Positions 28,172-40,807 of a stretch of 64,000 bases of DNA are shown one piece after another. Location of the stretch: NCBI GenBank assembly GCA_951406725.2, contig OX597814.1, positions 155,868,001 through 155,932,000 of the forward strand, read 5' to 3'. This DNA is from Octopus vulgaris (lineage: Eukaryota). A model generated the notes under the pieces. That model saw only the letters and a list, made by a program, of their open reading frames with translations, was not told the DNA's origin and did not search any database. Made by a program: the position numbers and the translations under genes. Position 1 is the first letter of the stretch. Each line of letters starts with the position of its first letter.

Positions 28172-28785
28172 ATAAATTAAGAAATGGGGTTAGACGAAGG
28201 TGTTATTCAAATCTTTATACTTTCGACACATGTTTCGAAGAAAACATTGGTATTATTCCTGAGGGAATAAAACGATGTAAAACAAAGTAATCATCTCGCC
28301 AGGGAAAACAGAGAAACAAAACACATCAATAAGTCATTTTAACCGAATGTGATTACTGTTTATATGATGAAGGGAACGCTGGCAAGTTTCTTTTAAGCTG
28401 TTAATGGATTTAACGTCAAATGCAATTTGGAGAAAGAGGAGGAGGAGAAAGAAAGAAATTAACTGAAAATTAAGAGTGGAGAAATATATTACGATAAATG
28501 AGTTGAAATAAAGCTTAAAGGCGTGTAAATAGATATATTTAGCGAAAATGAAAAGTAAGAAGAGAGTTAAAAGTCGAAATTTATAGATTGGTAGAAATTA
28601 CTTATAAGAACTAAGAGTATATTTTTGCCCATGTTTGCAACGATAAACGCGTTCTTTAAACGTGTTTACAAGAGAATTCTCAGAGAATAGAATAAGTTAC
28701 TGTTCTTCGTTACAGAGCAGACAAAAGGATTTACCTTTATCGTATGGAAAGTATTTAGATAGAAAATTCCATTCCAAGTCAAATT
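28172..28785 (-). mobile_element. Penelope-like element 3' end (GIY-YIG C-terminus + terminal repeat), left arm of palindrome
   Basis: 28783-28598 translates FDLEWNFLSKYFPYDKGKSFCLLCNEEQ*LILFSENSLVNTFKERVYRCKHGQKYTLSSYK* (WxIL..PY..CxLC..E..L.N..CxH motif); decayed hammerhead at 28221-28306. Confidence 0.78.
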
Positions 28786-29411
28786 AGCATAATAAACAAT
28801 TTGATTTGGAATGGAATATTCTATCTATATCCTTTCCATATGATAAAGGTAAATCTCTTTGTCCGCTCTTTAACGGAAAATAGTACCTCATTCTGTTCTC
28901 GAAGAATTCTCTTGTAAACACATTTAAAGAACGCGTTTATCGTTACAAATATTGGCAAAACATACCTTTAGTTCTTATAGGTAATTTCTACAAATCTATA
29001 CACGTCGACTTTTAACTGTCTTCTTACATTTCATTTCCGCAACATATATCCATTTACACGCCGTTAAGCTTTATTTCCACTCATCTATTGCACTATAATT
29101 CTCCATTCTTAATTTTCTGTTAATTTCTTTCCTTCTCTTACTTCTCTTTCTCTAAATTGCCTTTGACGTTAAATCTATTAACGGTTTTGTAAAAAGTAAC
29201 TTGGCAGCGTTCCCTTCATCATATACTTGGTAATCGCATCCGGTTAAAATGGCTTATTGACGTGTTTTGTTTCTCTTTTTTTCTTGACGAAACGATTACA
29301 TTGTTTTACATCATTTTTTTGCCTCTGGAATAATACCACTGTTTTCTTTGAAACATATATATCGGAAGTATAAAGTTTTGAATAACACCTGCGTTTAACT
29401 TCATTTCTTAA

Positions 29412-29414
<3 letters not shown>
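28786..29414 (+). mobile_element. Penelope-like element 3' end, right arm of palindrome
   Basis: Translates HNKQFDLEWNILSISFPYDKGKSLCPLFNGK*YLILFSKNSLVNTFKERVYRYKY; decayed hammerhead at 29279-29367; reverse complement of the left arm. Confidence 0.78.
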
Positions 29415-29457
<43 letters not shown>

Positions 29458-29529
29458 ATGCGTATATATACATATATATACACACACACGCACATACATG
29501 AATGCACACATGCACACACATACACACAT

Positions 29530-29738
29530 ATTCTTTCACTTGATTCAGTGATTTGAATGTGGCCATCCTGGAGCAACGCCTTTAGCCGACCCTAGGACTT
29601 ATTCTTTGTAAGCCTAGTACTTATTCTATCGATCACTTTTGCCGAACTGCTAGTTTACGGAGACTTTAACACACCAGCATGTGTTGTCAAGCGATGTTAG
29701 GTGGACAAACAGATACACAAACATACACACACACACAT

Positions 29739-29779
<41 letters not shown>

Positions 29780-29836
29780 CTTTGATAGGTTTCGGCCATT
29801 ATTGGCCCAGTCCATGTCTAAATTAATAGCACCACC

Positions 29837-29897
<61 letters not shown>

Positions 29898-30055
29898 GAC
29901 GGGCTTCTTTCAATTTTCGTGTACCTAATCCACTCACAAGTCTTTGGTCGGCCCGAGGCTATAGTAGAAGACACTTGCTCACGTTTCCAAGCAGTGGGAC
30001 TGAACCCAGAACCGTGTGGTCGGTTAGCAAGCTACTTACCATACAGCCACTCCTT
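29530..30055 (-). mobile_element. SINE family E (octopus OK-like) with expanded internal microsatellite
   Basis: Head GTGGCTGTATGGTAAGTAGCTTGC...GGGTTCAGTCCCACTGC; matches 56675-57056 and 60730-61205. Confidence 0.85.
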
Positions 30056-30530
30056 ACATAGATGCATACATATATGTATATCACGGTATTACGGTGTCGA
30101 CCAGACTATGAGATATTGTTATACACCGCTGGTCGCAAAGCGCTGCACATTCGAATGATTCCAGGAGAATGATTCCGGCTTTCGAATGATTCCAGGAAAT
30201 TACAGCACGGTCGACCACGTTAAACTCCACAGATAGCAAACCGGTTACTGAAATACTCTTTTCGTTACACTCCAAGGTTAGGTTGTATAGATTAACAATT
30301 ATTTAAAGTGCGTGTTGAGAGATATTAACAACCGATAGTGTCTAACTCGGAGGTGTTTGCAGATATTTCGCATTAAGGGCCAAATTCAGGCATATAGCAT
30401 GTATAATGTGAAGTGTATTTTGTTGGATAATGTTTGTATTTTACACGTACTATATGACAGGTATTATGCAAATTAGACCCTGAGGCGATTATGTAGAATA
30501 TATACTATCTACTATGTGAATTGGGTTATA

Positions 30531-30671
30531 TTAGGTTGTCCCAAAAGTTCGTAAACACTTGCGAAAATTGAATTTTTACTCGCCAAGTACTAACAAAAAC
30601 AACGAAAATTATTCCTCAAAATAAAGACCATTATTTTCCAAGACTTTCTACGAACTTTTGGGACAACCTTA
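30531..30671 (-). mobile_element. 141-bp mariner-derived MITE
   Basis: TIRs TTAGGTTGTCCCAAAAGTTCGTA / TACGAACTTTTGGGACAACCTTA, TA on both flanks; interior minus strand encodes the transposase end KVLENNGLYFEE*. Confidence 0.88.
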
Positions 30672-30679
30672 TATTATTT

Positions 30680-33210
30680 TTAAATTTTGGTACAAGTTCA
30701 AACAGTTCGGGGAGTGGGTAGGACAATTACACCGGCCCTGTTGCTTGACTGGTACTTATTTCATCGACTCCGAAAAGATGAAAGACAGTCGACCTAGGTA
30801 GATTTGAACTCAGAATGTAAAGACGGACGAAATCCCGCAAAGCATTCTATCCAGTTTGCTAACGATTCTGCAGATTGCCACCTTTGAATTGTGATTTATT
30901 ACATTAGGAGAGTGTGTGAGTGTAACTTGTTGCTGTTATAGATTGGACCATTGTTTATATAAGTGTGAGCGTTGTTATTTTATTTGGTGAAGGACGTAAG
31001 TTTCGATATATTATTTGGTAACGATTCGATAATGTATACTTTGTGAGAAATGTAATATTATTTTCGGCAGTTATAGTGAAGGATATGTTGTGTGCCTGGA
31101 ATGTATAGCAATGTAGTTATGTTATTGAAATGAATATGCCTTGGGTAAGATTTGAACTCTGACTCGCTAGGCTAATTTTCGAATCGTGTGGAACGTTATG
31201 ATCTCTGCGTCTGGTATACTTTTATTCATATTTTTATCATCGTTAGTGCTCTATTATTCAAGTTGTTTCTAATTTTATGCTCCGCATCCTTGTTTATTTC
31301 AATTTCAAGGTGTTCTGATTTTGACGTTTTCTTCATCTAATTTCACGCAATATTTTAGTCAAGAGCGTTCGAAATATGGACGGTGGATTGGCAGAAACTA
31401 TACAACATCGAATAAAATGCTATACGATATATTTTCTGGCTATTTATGTTTTGGGTTCAAATTATCCGAAGTCAACGTGTTTTACATCTCCGAGGGGTCA
31501 CTAAAACAAAGTACCTGTCAAATTCTGAGCTACATGAAATTACTAAATCTTCCCTGCAAAATTGATTATCTTGTGCCATAATTAGAAGCGATTATAATTA
31601 AAGTCGGTTGGATAGTAGAACAGTGTGTGTGTCCGAAGAAAATATCTTTTGGTACTGAGTTGCATTACACTACTTTCTGAATTCGATTCCCGCCGAGATC
31701 AAATTTATCATTCGTCTTTCCGGTATCAATAAAATAAATTCTAGTCAATAACTGAGGTTAATATAATGGATTAACCATCTTCCCACACAATCGCTTGCGT
31801 TTTGCCTATACTTATCTTTTGAGGGGTTGGATGGGCGTCTGGCAGAGTTGCTAGAACGTCTAATAAATCGATTTATTCTGGCTCATTATAGCCTGCGTTT
31901 ACACCCTTGCAAAGTCAATTTTTTCCTTTCAACACTTCGGAGCCGATAAACTGAAATAGCAGTGAATTAAGGAGGTTTTTTGCGAATAACTATTCTATTC
32001 ACCTCAAAGTTTCAGGTCTTGTGCCTACACCTTATATTTTAGGTGGGTGGTTGTTAGAATTGAGAGGCATGCAGTATTTTCCGGCTCTTTAAATTATGAG
32101 TTCAAATCTCACCTTTGCTTTTCATCCTTTTAATAAATAAATAATAAATGCGCCCTTTTTAAAACTTAGCTAAGCTCATGGGCCCGGTTTCCCGGTTTCT
32201 ATGGCGTATGTGTTTCCCAGCTGGACGGGACGCCAGTCCATCGCAGCGTTACTCATTTTTTCCAGGTGAGTGGACTGGAGCAATGTGAAATGAAGTATTT
32301 TGCTCAAGAACACACTGCGTCACCCGGTCCAGGAATCGAAACCACAATCTTATGATCATGGTGCTGACACCCTAACCACGTGCCTCCGCTTTCTCATCCT
32401 TTTAGGGTCAATGAAATAAAGCAACTCTCAGGTACTGATGGTCGCTCTAATATTCTAAGCCTCGCCTATCGAAATGACTCGCACTGAATCTAAATTAGAA
32501 GCCGTTATGAGCGGTGGGTTGGAAAGGTTATTGGAGTGTCGGAAAAAAATGCTCAGCAGCTTTTGTTCTGACTATTGATGTTCTAGGTTGAAATCCTGTC
32601 GCGGTCAATTTTCGTTTACATCAATATTGGGGGAGAGGATATTTAAACAACCGACTAACTTCCTCCTCTAAATTCTTCTTACTCTTATTATTGCTGTCGT
32701 TGTTTAGCTGCTAATTATTGTTTTTATATAAGAACATGCTGTATCAGACCTACTAGTGAAAAGTTTCTTCCATCTCTATTTAACGATAAGATTGTAGGTT
32801 GCTTTCGTTTGTTGTTCTGCAAAAGACTATTTAAATGCATGAATATGGATGGGAAAATGCGTTCTTCTTCAGATGTGTACTAAATAAGTCCCTATATATT
32901 TCTACAATCGTTCATTACTATATTTCATTTCAAACCAGTTACCGCTGCCATAATGGAAGGAGACCAACACTCTCCACTGAAGGTAGTAACTAATGTACCG
33001 CTATATGCTTGTTTCAATTTTAAATACTGTTAAAAACAGTTAAGAACGCATTAACATTCTTCTATATTGGTTCAAAGCCTGAAATTTTGGGTGAGTGGAT
33101 AGTAGATCACATCAATGTTAGTTTTCAACTGCTATTTATTTCGTCGACAACGAAAGGAAAGAAAGTCAAGTTGACTTCGGCGGAATATTAACCAAGAACG
33201 TAAAACTGGA
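30680..33210. mobile_element. Cluster of about 7 old SINE family A copies (approx. 30680-30885 -, 31360-31590 +, 31600-31810 +, 31830-32030 +, 32045-32500 +, 32510-32640 +, 33060-33200 -)
   Basis: Recurrent degenerate GTTCAAAT...GTCRAC...TTCATC...ATAAA..AGTACC core. Confidence 0.6.
32132..32387 (-). mobile_element. SINE family B nested in a family A copy
   Basis: Reverse complement of 7669-7918; TSD GCTTTTCATCCTTT / GCTTTCTCATCCTTT splits the A core. Confidence 0.88.
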
Positions 33211-33520
33211 AGAGATGTCACCAAGCATTTGTTTTGGTGTTCGTTATTTAAAGCAGAGGATAATATAAAAACAGGCAAATCATTTGAGATAAAACACATA
33301 ATATAGAGCTGCAAGGAAGCCACACTAAGCCTTGCAGACGGTCTCACGAACTATAAGACCATACCTTAAATTTAAATTTTCACTTAAAAGTGACACAAAA
33401 CTATTTCTAAAAACTACGTTATTTAAACTTTTAGAAGCACCACTAATCTGTTGTATTGTTCTTCCACCCACTGTACAGGTGTGTAACGCATACCCTATCT
33501 ATTATCCCATATGCACAATA

Positions 33521-34098
33521 TTCTTTTCTACTCTAGGCACAAGGACTGACATTTTGGGGGAAGATGCTAGTCGATTAGATCGACCCCGGTACGCAACTGG
33601 TACTTATTTAATCGACACTGAAAGGATGAAAGGCAAAGTAGACCGCGGCGGAATTTGAACTCAGAACGTAGCGGCAGACGAAATACCTATTTCTTTATTA
33701 CCCACATGGGGCTAAACACAGAGAGGACAAACAAGGACAGACAAACGGATTAAGTCGATTACATCGACACCAGTGCGTAACTGGTACTTAATTTATCGAC
33801 CCCGAAAGGATGAAAGTCGACCACTTACGCACTGGCGTCGATATAATCAACTTAATCCGTATGTCTGTCCTTGTTTATCCTCTCTGTGTTTAGCCCCTTG
33901 TGGGTAGTAAAGAAATATGTATTTTGTCTGTATATACGTTCTGAGTTCAAATTCTTCTGAGGTCGACTTTTTCTTTCATCCTTTCGGGGTCGATAAATTA
34001 AGTAAAAGTTGCATACTGGAGCCGATCTAATCGACTGCCCCCCCACCCCACCCCACCCCCAAAATGTTCTGGTCTTGAGCTTAGAGTAGAAAAGAATA
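33521..34098. mobile_element. Two dimeric family A SINEs fused head-to-head as an inverted repeat
   Basis: 33521-33786 is the reverse complement of about 33823-34098; both 5' heads are missing. Confidence 0.85.
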
Positions 34099-34327
34099 AA
34101 TATATTTTGTTAAAATATTTTATACCATATTCTTAAAAAAATCACATTATGTATTATTTGACTGTATTATTAATTTATTTTGTCCTAACATAGTTATTAT
34201 TGCTGTCGCTGTTTAGCATCATGTCATATGGCGAAAGGGATTCTAACCTTGATCAAGCCATCATTTCTGTTGTTTTAGTGCAATTTGGTCGTCTTTTGAA
34301 AGATGGTAAGGTGTACATTGCGGGATA

Positions 34328-34639
34328 CGTGGAGGCGCAATGGTCCATTGGTTAGGGTAGCGGACTCGCGGTCGTAGGATTGCGGTTTCGATTCCCAGAC
34401 CGGTCGTTGTGAGTGTTTATTGAGCGAAAACACTTATAGCTCCACGAAGCTCCGGCAGGGGATGGTGGCGATCCCTGCTGTACTCTTTCGCCACAACTTT
34501 CTCTCACTCTTTCTTCTGTTGGCCTGCTCGCTTAGCCAGCGGGGTGGCGTCATTTGAAGGCTAAAAAACAATGCGAAGTGCATTGTGACTAGCGATGTGT
34601 AGCAACATCTGATAGCCTGGTCGGTCATGTGATCACGTG
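34328..34639 (+). mobile_element. SINE family D, full length
   Basis: tRNA head GGAGGCGCAATGG...GGTTTCGATTCCC; TSD ACATTG(C/A)GGGATA at 34315-34327 and 34640-34652. Confidence 0.88.
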
Positions 34640-35345
34640 ACATTGAGGGATATATGACTCCATTTTCTAAAAGCTTTAGGTTCGTAATTTTATTATGATC
34701 ATATGACTGGTTTATTGCTGTAAAACTATTTCTATATTTACCGACAGTGTATTTCTTAACATATTTTGTCTTTTAGAATATTTTTGTTACCTTGTTTCGA
34801 CTTAGAAATACTTAATTTACACGATGTAGATTCACTTTAGCACTTACAGTTTTATTTTTACTATTATTGACACGTTTAGTTGTCAAAAGAATCTATTGAA
34901 TATACCTCTTCTAATAAATCAGCTATGCGTAGATGATAATTGAATTTCCTTCTTCAGCATTTATAACCCCATTCAATTTGAAACAGCAGTATTGTTAACA
35001 TTCAACGAGATATTGAAAAATACATTTTCTTTATTATAAATATATGCGTGCTTTTAAGACTGTCCAATGTGTTGTAGTTGTTTCTACTGTTCTTTTTGTT
35101 GGACAATCCTCGCCTGTATTTCGTTTTTATAAGGTTCAGCCGCTAACGCTCCAAAAGTAGTTATTACGGTTTTTTGTTTTCATTCAGTTATATTCAATAT
35201 ATTGATATTTTCAATTATTTCTTTTTTTACCGCTCGACCTGCAAAAACTAAAAATGACATATTCAATAATGTAATATGACGGGATGATTTTGGTTGGAAT
35301 GCCTTTCATCAAAGTCCGATCGACGAGGGTTGATCTGAGACTAAA

Positions 35346-35730
35346 TCTATATAAAGCGGATGATGTCTGTGTATGGCAGGTTTGGTAGCCTTCAACTAAC
35401 ACTATCTCCTCCGAGACCCCGCGGCACAAGTTGACCAAAATTGAGAGTATGATAGAAGAAGGCTTGCTCTTTCTTCCGTAGAAGAAAAATTTCAAATCGG
35501 ACCATGTTAACACCAAAAATTATTTACATAAGAAAGGTGCTTTTTTTCTCTGAAAATCCCTATTTTTATGCTTTTTTGACTGCTGTGTCGCCATTTTTCG
35601 GTGTATTTCAACCAGAAAAATGTTCACTTAAAGGGAATAGCAAGCTACATAATGCAAACGTTTTACTTTTCAAAAATTCCAATTCTAAAGGGTCGAAACA
35701 AACCCGAACAACGCCGGGTGATACTGCTAG
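35346..35730 (+). mobile_element. Non-autonomous Helitron
   Basis: A|TC start, subterminal hairpin ACCCG-AACAACGC-CGGGT, CTAG|T end, no TSD. Confidence 0.72.
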
Positions 35731-35935
35731 TAACAGTATATAATTTAGCAACTAAATAAAGTGTGGATCCTCAAAGTATTTTATTTATGCTTTCATTGGT
35801 GTTGCGTTGTAGTGATGGCCCAAAGTGTTGTCACTTAACGGCTCAGTTTAACCAGTTGGAAAGAAGTACCACCTGACTAGAACTGAATCATTGAAATCTG
35901 GAAATAGCGGCAATATTGTGCATTCCTTGTGTATG

Positions 35936-36456
35936 TCTTATAATAATTCTGCTTGTCACTCCGTTGATTAGCCCGTTTCTAACGTTCCCACATGGTTAGC
36001 TGAAGGTGGAAGGTAGGGGGAATGGGTGGGGAGAGAAAGGAAGGGTGAAGGTGAAGTATGGGAGGGATGGTGGAAATGAGGGAGAAGTGATAGTGAATGA
36101 AATTTGTATTTTTTAACTAAGGGTTTTCCTCTGTTAATTAGCCCGTCTATAACGCTTTCACGTGATTAGTTGAAAGGAAAAGCGAAAGAAAAAGGAGAGA
36201 AAACGAGAATAAGGCGAAGAATGAGGGAGAAAGCGGGAGAGTTTTGTGTATTAAGTCTATAAATGGTGCATGAAGTATGTATAAACTGTGTATATAAAGT
36301 GTATTAAGTAATCATCGTATTCCAATTTTCTTCACTTTTCAGTGATTAGCAGAAACAACACAGGCTACGCTTCCAGTTTCTTTTTTAGATAAAGTTTTAA
36401 AAAATAACCAAATAAGTTTACCATTATTTCCGTGAAATATTCACGGGTCCCGCTGG
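35936..36456 (+). mobile_element. Second probable Helitron (5' end uncertain)
   Basis: Hairpin CCGTGAA-ATA-TTCACGG followed by CTGG|T; internal ~40-bp direct repeat at 35967 and 36137. Confidence 0.5.
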
Positions 36457-37350
36457 TTTCTATTAAATTAAATATATTTCGATTGGGAGAAAGGTATGAT
36501 AGAATAGTTTCTCCTGCTCAACGCTGCAAAATACAAAGTCTGGCATCAGTTACCTATATGTATGCTAAAAATGACTCAATGAACGTTAAGTATACTACGT
36601 GAATACATATTAAAGGGGCCGGTTAATTTGGGGCTATAGAAACTGAAAAGATGGTCTTGGAAGAGACAGATTAACCGGGCCAAGATAGAGAGGGAGATGT
36701 GTGTTTACGATGAATACCACCGTGATAGAGATGTTGAAAGTATGTAGGAATCGGAGAGATTACACTTCTTGGGAATGGGACTTTATGTAGCGTGTTTTAT
36801 AGATTGGCATGAATTCCTTAGAGAGAGAAAATTGAATAGTTTAGTGATGATAAGAGCTAGCTCTGAACAGCATTACTTTAGAGTAATTGACGCAGTCGGG
36901 ACCAATCGTGAAGAAATACGACACATGTTTGCAATTAGTGACAAAACGTGCGTGACAAAGAGACACAGAATTAGTTTGGAGGGATTTCATGTCTACTTTT
37001 CGAGGTGAATTAGAATGGACTGTGTGTCAGCATTTGGACAATAGTTTGAAGAATTGGGCAACACAAACACATACACATCGGTACGCATATACAGACACGC
37101 ATACATATATGGGGGGATATATATATATATGGAGGAGGGTTGCTTGTGTGGTGCGTGTGTACATATAGAGAGTAAACGAGAGAGAAAGGGAGAGAAATAC
37201 ATGCATACATGGGCATAAATCTAACGTGATAGCGTGTGTAAAGCCACCATGTTTTAGACGACAATTCTAATTTCATAACCGATTGGTTTACACTAAAACA
37301 GGACAGATAAATTGCCTGAATAATACGCAGTTTCTAAAACGTATACACAC

Positions 37351-37469
<119 letters not shown>

Positions 37470-37893
37470 GTTTGTATGTAAACGTATACAGATATGAACA
37501 TAATTCAATAAATAATATGTAAATGTGTGTTTATTTTATCCAAGTTCAGTGTCTGCTTCTGAAATTCGCTCCAAGTTCGGATGTTCGTATGTGGTTATGT
37601 ATGTATATGTTGTCAGGAAAAGGAAGCGGGGCACAAAACCAATGTGTTAAGCTAAAATACTCTGCATTCAACTCCAACCATGTTTTAACCATATATGCGG
37701 TGGTTGACTTTTCTTCCGTCTCTTACACAGCTAATAAGATTTGTGCCAAATAAAGCACTGGGTCGATATAATTAGCTGAACCCTTTAAAGGGTCCAATGG
37801 CTGCATCAAGTAAATAAAAACTAATTTTCATATGTGTTTTTTTGTTTTTAGGAATGCATGTATAACTACACACACACACATACATAGATAAAT

Positions 37894-37972
<79 letters not shown>

Positions 37973-38879
37973 TATATATAATAGAGACAGCGAAAGAAAT
38001 GGAAAGAGAGAGACATACACACGTATACACACAAACGTATATGCATATATATGTGAAAATATGTTTATAAATGTACGTGTGTGTATATATGTGTGTACCT
38101 TTATATATATATAAGTGTGTGTGCGTGCGTGTGTAAATGTATGAGAAGGAGAAATAGAAACGAAGACAGATAGTGAAAGAGCAACATCGTAGTGTGAATG
38201 ATTATATAATTTTTGATAGCTTAGGCAGAAGACTACACAATTTGGTGGTGATATTTCCTTTTCCTAAAACTGGAAAGGGCTTCTGTATGTTTCCTTAGAA
38301 AACAATATTCAATGCTCTAAAGAAAGGTGACGGTGCCACAGTTTCTAATATAGGTGATGATGAGCCGGGATGTATAGGACGTCCACCTTATTGCTCTACA
38401 TAACTGCAATTTGTAATCTATAAATGCTGAAAATGAAATTTGACATTGGTTTACTTGAATTTAGAACGTAAATACTGATCAATAAATAAGGTAAAGGATT
38501 TTGTTCCAACTCTCTACTGAACCTGCCAATCCAGAAACATTGTTCTTTCTCCAGTATAATTATTATAAATGCATCGACGTTGACTCAAGTATCAATCAAA
38601 GTGAAATATAAGAGGACCCTCATTGACTATAACCAAAAATCTGTAATAAATTCTTTTCTTCAAATATGCGATCCTCGAGTACAGCCATACTTATTTATAT
38701 GTTTTTTTAAGAAATTGACGTAATATCGCTGCAAATTTTAAATCGAACAAAACACATAAATCACAAAAACTGGAAAAAATACACAAGTAATAAAAGTGAC
38801 ATGACTATTATTTTTATTGTTTTTTCCAGTAGCTTTTGTTTAAAAGATAGTCAGCGAAGCCAAAGCAGAAGTTAAACAA

Positions 38880-39900
38880 AGGTCATTGTTCAAAAGTCTG
38901 ATTAATCATCTGATTCTCAAAATAACATCAGCCATTCTTCTTGCTTTAGCTTTTTATCTGCGTCCCTTCCTGTAATTCCATCTTCATTTCAACTATCAAT
39001 GTTGTCTGTATTTGGATTCTGATCAATCCACAGAAGGTTTACCTCTGTTGCATTCAATTTATTATCGCTGTCATTCTTTTAAAGGGTCTTGGAATCCATA
39101 TGCTCAGCTACTTTAACCCAAGCTATCATTCTAGGTGGAAATAGTAGCAAGGCCAGGCATCCTGTTGATTTGTTTTTACACTTTGTTAGATAATATTCAT
39201 GATTTCAAATATTTCTTTACTTTATTCTTCAATGGCTTTTAATTAAAACAAAAGTAAACAAAATCATATGTCAAACCATTTGTGATTTAACTTGAGTTTT
39301 CTTAACATTCAGTACGTTTAGCTAGCTCAGGAAAATAGGTTCGAAATAGGTATCACACTTCGATTCCATGTTTCGATAAGAGACCTCCCAGTCGATTAGC
39401 CATAAACTTTTTCAGTAATAAATTAAAGTCTCTCTATCCATCCCGTTTCTACAACGACGTAAAGCAATAAACATATTCTAAAAGACATGATTCTATTTTA
39501 GAATGTCTTTCTTTGTAAAATAACCATGGGATTTACATTTTTATGATAGCTAAACTAGGGGTAGCTGTAGGAAAATGCTTCTTGTTACACTAGCTTTGTT
39601 ATACTAAAACAGTGACTTTACTTCCTATTTTATCCAGTGTCCTGTTACCTGGTATGCATAAAAAGCACCTCATCATCAATGTTTCTAATTTAACTGACTT
39701 CACAGTCATAATATATTCCTAGATTTAGTATAGTTATTAAACTACACAATCATAACATCCAAAACAGCAGCAAACGTCTGTATAATTTTGGGTTTAAGTT
39801 TTTCTATGGAGAGTTAGGAAAATTACTTCCAGCATAATCTCTGCGCCATGCATTCGAAATTGTGTAAGAGATTGTCTCCATAATTCTCATCTATTATTGT
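38880..39900 (-). mobile_element. Ancient pogo/Tigger-like transposase fossil
   Basis: Minus frames give NRLGGLLSKHGIEV*YLFRT (cf. RRPGGLL..LLVWDxFRxH) and WVKVA...DNKLNATEVNLLW...EEWLMLF*ESDD*SDF (cf. SNxLDGTEDDxLW...LFxESDDESDF). Confidence 0.55.
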
Positions 39901-40754
39901 GTTTAATTGTTACATTACATGCAATGCTGTTACCATATATCTGTCTTTTGTTTTGTTTTCTACTTATTCAAATGATTACAGACTAGCTTACCACATAAGG
40001 ATGTTTGCTGCTTATGCTTTTCTACAGTTTGTGTTAAACTGTTTTCATAGATTTATTTTGCTTTAAACAACATCAAATACATTTTATTTTAAGGCCAACT
40101 ACAGAAGACTAGTTTATTTCAGTAATGTAACTCCCACGTTTTTAACTGTAACCATTTAAATGAAATAAACAACACAATCTAATTACTCAAACACACTCAT
40201 CACCGCAGTTGTAATAGATTCAACAAATGACATCTGATGTAGACACTACGCTTATGGTGTTCCATTGAGGCAATTAATAACTTATATACATTTGCCTTTA
40301 CATGTCTCATGACCACCGCCTTTGCTATCGTCGTTTTCACAGTTTGTTGCAGCAGTAACCTTTTTCTTACACTAGAGTACAATGCTGACTACCAGTTCTG
40401 TCCTTGATATTTGCATTTAATTTCTCACATTATGCACAAGTAGATACGTCACATAATATTTCAGCATGATCTTATATAATTTTCTGATTTCCCAAACTGT
40501 TTGTTTTCCGAATATCTCCTGTAATATTTATATGTAATCTTACAATATGATATCACTTCATCGGTGATGAGGATGTCAACAACAACAACAACAACAACTA
40601 TAATAATAATAATATTAATAATAATAATTACACGGATATTTGCAGAGGTGTTCTATTAATTAGTCGCAATGCTAAGGCGCAGACATTTTTGACGCTGCGT
40701 GGGTGTCGACACAAGAGCAAATATAAATGTGTGCATGTATGTGTATATGGAAGA

Positions 40755-40807
<53 letters not shown>

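Noticed and set aside
28598-28990. Selenocysteine recoding, as reported for some Naiad PLEs
   Set aside because: Cys codons are TGT/TGC, and the internal stops are TAA/TAG at different positions in the two arms, consistent with decay
31360-32640. CRISPR-like repeat-spacer periodicity
   Set aside because: Units are ~200-bp diverged SINEs in eukaryotic DNA; no identical short repeats and no cas genes
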